NCBI RefSeq assembly: GCF_000143415.4
Contig: NW_003314315.1
Location: 248,001-312,000, forward strand
Length of the DNA: 64,000 bases
Source of the DNA: Selaginella moellendorffii
Taxonomy: Eukaryota; Plantae; Lycopodiophyta
Direction: 5' to 3'
Below the pieces are notes generated by a model. It was given only the letters and a program-made list of their open reading frames with translations. It did not search any database and was not told where the DNA came from. Shown piece after piece: positions 58,905 through 64,000 of the stretch; position 1 is the first letter of the stretch; each line of letters begins with the position of its first letter. A program made the translations under genes and the position numbers.

Positions 58905-60631
58905 TCACTCGTAAAGCTTCTCGGCAAGGCGCGGCGTCGCGACAGCTTGGACAGGATTCGCCATGAACGTCACAACACCCGGACGCTCCGTGAGGTCGAT
59001 CTTCTCGGGCTTCACTCCCGGCGGTGGTGCCCAGGAGAATTGGTGGAGAAGCCGAGCAACCATGAGCTGGACCATGTTGAGGCCGAGCTGAGCTCCCGGA
59101 CAGATCCTCCGGCCAGCGCCGAAAGGTAGGAGCCTGTAGTCGTGGCCTTTGATATCAACGTCCTCTTCCAGGAACCGCTCGGGGCGAAACACCGACGCTC
59201 GCTTCCACACCTTGGGGTCTCGCCCGATCGCGTAAACGTTGACGTGAACGATGGTCCCCTTGGGGATGTCGTAGCCTCCGATCTTGACGCGGGTGGTGGC
59301 CTTGTGTGGGAGCATGAGCGGCGTCGTTGGGTGGAGCCGGAGTGCCTCTTTAACGATGCTCTGGAGGTATGGCAGCTGCTGGACGTCCACCTCGGTGATG
59401 ATCCGCTCCTTTCCGATCACTCGGTCCATCTCCTCGTGAGCTTTCTCCTGGACTTTCGGGTGCTTGATGATCTCGGCCATCGCCCACTCGGCTGATATGG
59501 CCGTGGTGTCCATCCCCGCGGTGATCATGTCCTGGAAATCCACGAAGAACAGACTGTCAACTTTCGAGCTCCAAGTTCTAGCGAGAAAGATCTCTCGGAG
59601 AAGGAACTCACCCAAAGGAGGCCGATCACGGTGGTCTCGCTGAGACCATACTGGTCCTTGAGATTGAGCAGCGCGTCCACGAAGTGTTCCTGGCTCGTTC
59701 CACTCTTCTTCTTCTCCAGCGCGTGCTCTTCCATGATCTCCTTGGTGAGGCTGTCTCTCCTGGCGCCGTGCTTGGCGAATTCCTCCTCCTGGAGTGGGAA
59801 CATCCAGCGGATGAAGGAGATGTGCTCCGCCATGGTGAGCGACGCCCCGAGCTTCATCCCCTGCGAGATGATCGCCTTAAACTCCACGCCCTGCGGCAGC
59901 ATCTCTCCATTCTCGTCCACGAACCTCTTCCCGAAGACGATCCTCGTGATGTTGTTGAACGCCACCGCCGAGACGTAGTTCTTCACGGTCACCGCCGCGC
60001 CACCATTGTTCTTCACGTCCTGGAAGATGGACTTCACCATAGCGCCCACTTCCTCCTCGCGGATCCATCGCAGGGACTCGAGTCTCTTGGGCGTGAAGAG
60101 CTCCAGCGTACACAGCTTCCTCACCTTCACGAATCCATCACCATTGTCAGCGAAGAAGGAAGAAAGAAATTCTAGAGTTCTCACAACCCTTCTCACCTTG
60201 ACATAGTGGTCGCCATAGTCGGCCCAGATGAGATCCTGGCCGTTCCTGGAGAACCTAGCGGCAGCGCGCGTGAGCGGCCGCGATGCGAGCTCCTTGTCCT
60301 TCTCCTTGAGCACCTCCTTGGCGAGCTCGGCATTGGAAATTACCACATTGAGATTCGTCCCCATCCACACTGACATGATCGGCCCGTGCTTCTCCGCCCA
60401 GTCCATGAAGCATCGAAATCTCACCGGCGACACGCGATGGAGGCTCCCGATGATCGGCCATGGCTTTGGCCCCGGCGGTAGCCGCGGCCTCGAGAGGAGC
60501 TTGAATGTAAGGTAGACCAAGAACAAACCCACGGGAATCGTCCAAGTCGAGTAGCGATGGCCGTGATCCGGCGGCACGAACTCCGTGTAGTGGTGATGGT
60601 GGTGGTGATACGCTTCCGCCGAGGGATCCAT
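58905..60631 (-). CDS. CYP98A: Cytochrome P450 CYP98A (p-coumaroyl ester 3'-hydroxylase, C3'H), 3 exons
   Basis: LPPGPKPWP; [14 protein letters not shown]; [12 protein letters not shown]; IGLLW|[10 protein letters not shown]; EALRLHP; [25 protein letters not shown]. Confidence 0.95.
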
Positions 60632-60797
60632 AGCCAGAGCTCTGCAGTGAATCTAAAGCAAAGAGCGCATAAACCCTAGAAACTCGATCTAACGGTCTTA
60701 AAAGGCCCACGTGGATAGCGCGTGGCGTTAGGTGTGGAATGGAAGGTAAAGGTCTTTTTATAAATTTAAAGCCTTGACTTTGGCGGGAAAAGATATT

Positions 60798-62400
60798 TTA
60801 GGGCAGCTTCAATGCGTTGGAGGAGGAGATCAAGAACGCGGCACGCCGCTCGCGTCCCTCGATTCTCTTCGCCGTGGATCTCACAGGCGTCCTCCGTGCG
60901 ATGGCGTCTCCTTTTCTTGCAATCTGGGCGAGCTCCGCCGCTTCGTCGAGCAGCTTCACCCGGCCCAGGGCATCAATCAGGCAGTGGAGATGCTCTGGCA
61001 GCCGCTCCAGGTGGAAATCCATGGCCATGGAGCGGAAGAGATCGATCGCGTCTTGGATTTTCCCGGCATGGCCACATCCGGTGAGCATCGCGAGGATCGT
61101 CACGCCGTCGGGATCACTGCCGCGCAGTAGCATCTCGCGAGATATTTCGATATCTCGCTCGCAGTTCCCGCTCTGCGCGATCGCGGTGATCAAGACGTTC
61201 CATGACATGGAGTCCAGCTCTTGCCCCGAATCGATGATGTTCCTGGCACTGTCCAGCAGACCATTGTGCGCGTAAGTGCTCGCCATCGCATTCCAGGTGA
61301 GAATATTTCGCTCTGGAATCTGTGTGAAGCTCACGATCGCTTCCTCTATCAGGCCGTTCTGCCCGCACGCAACGATCATCAAGTTCCACGACAAGAGATC
61401 CCTCCCAGGAATTCTGTGGATCACGGCTCTGACCTCTTCGATCGACTGTCCCCGGTGAGCAAACGCCGAGAGCAGCCAGCTCCAAGACGCTGTCTCATCG
61501 CATCAAACTGGAGCTTGCCGTCCTCGACGGATCCAGCTCGAGCAAAGGCTCTCAACATCAGATCTCAGAAACCAGGCTCATCTGACAACGATCTCGTGGG
61601 CGGCTGGGCATCGCATCTCGAGTAGGCGGCAATCATTGCGTTCCAGGATCTGGCGAAAGAAGATTTTCTGGGTGTTCTTCACATCGCCGCTCTCGGGCAT
61701 AGGCCTGGATCATCGCGGTGAGCACGACGAGATCGTGCTGCGGCATCCTCTCCACAACCTCTCGGGCCAGCAGGCGCGAGCAGGAACTCACCAGCGCGGT
61801 CCAGGACACGGCATCTCGCTGAGGAGCAGCGTCGAAGGTCTGTTTCGATCGATCATCCTGGCTGCTAACCGAGATCATCGTGTTCCAGGACACTTGATCC
61901 CACATTGGCATCGCCACGAAGATCTCTCGCGCCTCGTTGCCATCGCAATCTCTAGCCGCGAGTAGCAACAGCGCGTTCCAAGAGAATCCATGTCTCTTGG
62001 GCATGGCCAAGAACAAGCTCCTCCCCTCGCAAAGATCCCCCCTCTGGGCATATGCCTGGAACATCAAGTTCCACGTTACTAGGCTCTTACAGCACCAGAG
62101 ATTCCGGAATACGTCCAGCTTGGCAGTACGCCCCAAATGATCCTTGTCCACGTGTTGGCATCTCGCTGTGCATTTAGAGCACATTCCAAATTCCCTGCCT
62201 GGGGATATGCGTGGAGGACGGTGTTCCAGGCGCAAGGCATCTTCTCAAAAACTTCCATGGCATCCCCAAGATTCCCAAGAGATACAATCTTGGCGGGGCA
62301 TATTCTCCAGGATTCTGGCATATGCCCGTTGTGGGCATATGCCGCGACAGTGATATTCCGTGATATTCGATAGTGTAGGGCAGGGAGACGTTCCTACAGT
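60798..62400 (-). pseudogene. Frameshifted PLS-type PPR gene
   Basis: PPR motifs (AYAHNGH, VTWNLMFQAYAQRG, LSWNLMIVACGQNG, HLHCLIDALGR) are spread over several frames with no spliceable junctions I could find. Confidence 0.75.
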
Positions 62401-62660
62401 CTCCCGAGCTTACCGTACATTTCAACGAGCGCGTTGGAGAGGAATGTATTGTCTCTGAGCTCTGGAGTGGAGAAAATCTCCTCATGAATCGCCGATGGAG
62501 AGGAGAAATCTCTAGATATATATTTTTTATTTTAAACATTTACCTTGTTTACGTGCACGCAGTAATATTCCAACAATATTCCGACAGCCATACTTTTACT
62601 TGAATGTCCACTTAGGGTTCTAGAATATTTTCAAACAAGAAGTAGAGAGAGAGAGGGACG

Positions 62661-63997
62661 ATGGAGCGCAAGATTTCGATCGCCGACACAATTCTCAAGG
62701 ACGATCCCTCGAATGCAAAGGCGATCCTCTCAAAGGCACGCTCGCTGAGCTTGGAGAGTACCGGCTCGCCCTGGCCACTCTTGATGAGGCGCCATCGATG
62801 GACCAGATCCAAGAACTCCAGGCGGCCGCTCGAGAATGGGACAGGCAGAGCACAGTCGGACGCTTCGATCTATCGGCCTATATTCTCAGCGGATGCCAGG
62901 ACGATGTCAAGCTTGGGAATTTCGTTGGTCCAGGGACGATCGTGAGCGTGCCGGGCAAGGGTCGCGGATTCATTGCCACCGAGGACGTGGAGGCCGGCCA
63001 GATTCTCCTCTGCGAGAACCCCATCGTCTTCAGGTATGTAGTTTCGATCGATTTTGCGCCCGATCCGGCCAAAGACTGATTCTTTCTTTCTCCCGCCGAT
63101 CCGCGCGGCAGCTATGGATCGTTCGACATGAACCAGCTCAAGGCGTCGCTCCACGAGGCGGCAAAATCTCCCAAATTGATGACGAAGCTCATGGCTATGG
63201 AGGGCACCACGATCCCAGCGATGGCTATCTTCACGCCCAACTCAGGTGTGGTGGATCTTGGCAGCGCCAAGCCGATCGCACTCCAGCGGCTTATGAAGAT
63301 CGTAGTCGACAAGATCACCTGGGGACATCTCTACTGCGCGCGCAACGGGATGCTTCGTCCACAGGCATTCTATGGCCTCTGGCCGCTGCTCGCCTTCGTC
63401 AACCATTCGTGCTCCTACAATGCCTCGATCGCCTTGGTTGGCCAGGCAATGTTCCTCGTCGCCAGCACCAGGATCCGGCGTGGGGAGGAGATCGTCTTCT
63501 CGTACGTTGATCCGTGCCAGCCATACTTCAATCGCCACAATGTGCTCGGCTTCCAGTGTAGCTGCCGCCGCTGCTTGCTAGAGCTCCAGCGCCCCGCCAT
63601 CACCAAGCTCAAGGCTAAGTTCACACAAGCCTGCCAACACTACGAGTCTGGAGAACGCAGCAGTCTTGCGGCCATGGCCAACGACGCCAAGAAGTTGGCG
63701 AGAAAGGAGGGAGATAAGCTCGCCAAGGCATGGATTCGCACCATCTTCTGGGTGTGCTACCGCGTCAACCTCGGCCAGGAAAAGGCTGCCATCTCCTTCG
63801 ATGATGCCTGGGAGCTCCACCGGGAATGCACTCCCGGCCAACTCGGCCAGCTCTCTTTCATCGTCAAGCGTCAACGCCGCGCCTGTGAGCCGATCAACAA
63901 GTTTGATGTTCTGAGAGCCTTCTCTCTAGGATTCCCGGTCGTAGCTGTCGAGGACGAGGCTGTGGCTGCAGCCATCCTTGACTTAGTTCTCGCATAA
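62661..63997 (+). CDS. TPR + split-SET domain protein (SMYD/ATXR1-like); one intron, apparent frameshift near 62740
   Basis: TPR-like KAILSKAR/LAELGEYRLALATL; GRFDLSAYILSG; GKGRGFIATEDVEAGQILL.ENP; GLWPLLAFVNHSCSYNA; IRRGEEIVFSY; post-SET GFQCSCRRC. Confidence 0.8.
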
Positions 63998-64000
63998 CGG

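Noticed and set aside
3906-60631. Biosynthetic gene cluster (CYP704 x2, UGT, aminotransferase, CYP98A)
   Set aside because: The genes are spread over 57 kb among housekeeping genes, the UGT is a pseudogene, and the pathways are unrelated.

Overview
Gene-dense land-plant nuclear DNA, most likely the lycophyte Selaginella (inferred from ~50-70 nt introns, tiny intergenic gaps, a flagellar CFAP44 gene beside land-plant genes, PLS-type PPR genes and Bowman-Birk-like peptides). In order, the window holds: the 3' part of an RPK2-like LRR receptor kinase; a tail-to-tail pair of CYP704-family P450s around a MULE/SWIM remnant; a PB1-domain Raf-like kinase; AP-4 sigma; an ARID-ACD protein; Aurora kinase; ARIADNE E3 ligase; an AIM25-like scramblase; two tRNA-Asp(GTC) genes; a PPR gene; a duplicated cassette (foldback DNA plus a two-domain Bowman-Birk-like inhibitor) split by a decayed Ty3/Gypsy element and UGT/PPR fragments; two DUF4057-type genes; LYRM1-like; KAE1/OSGEP; VAS1/ISS1 aminotransferase; CFAP44; CYP98A; a broken PPR gene; and a TPR-SET gene with an apparent frameshift. 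The most notable items are the BBI-like pair with divergent reactive loops and upstream foldbacks, the tRNA-Asp copy with an encoded CCA inside a 360-bp divergent promoter, and a G-quadruplex in the 78-bp VAS1-CFAP44 gap. All gene calls come from motif recognition by eye; no database searches were run.
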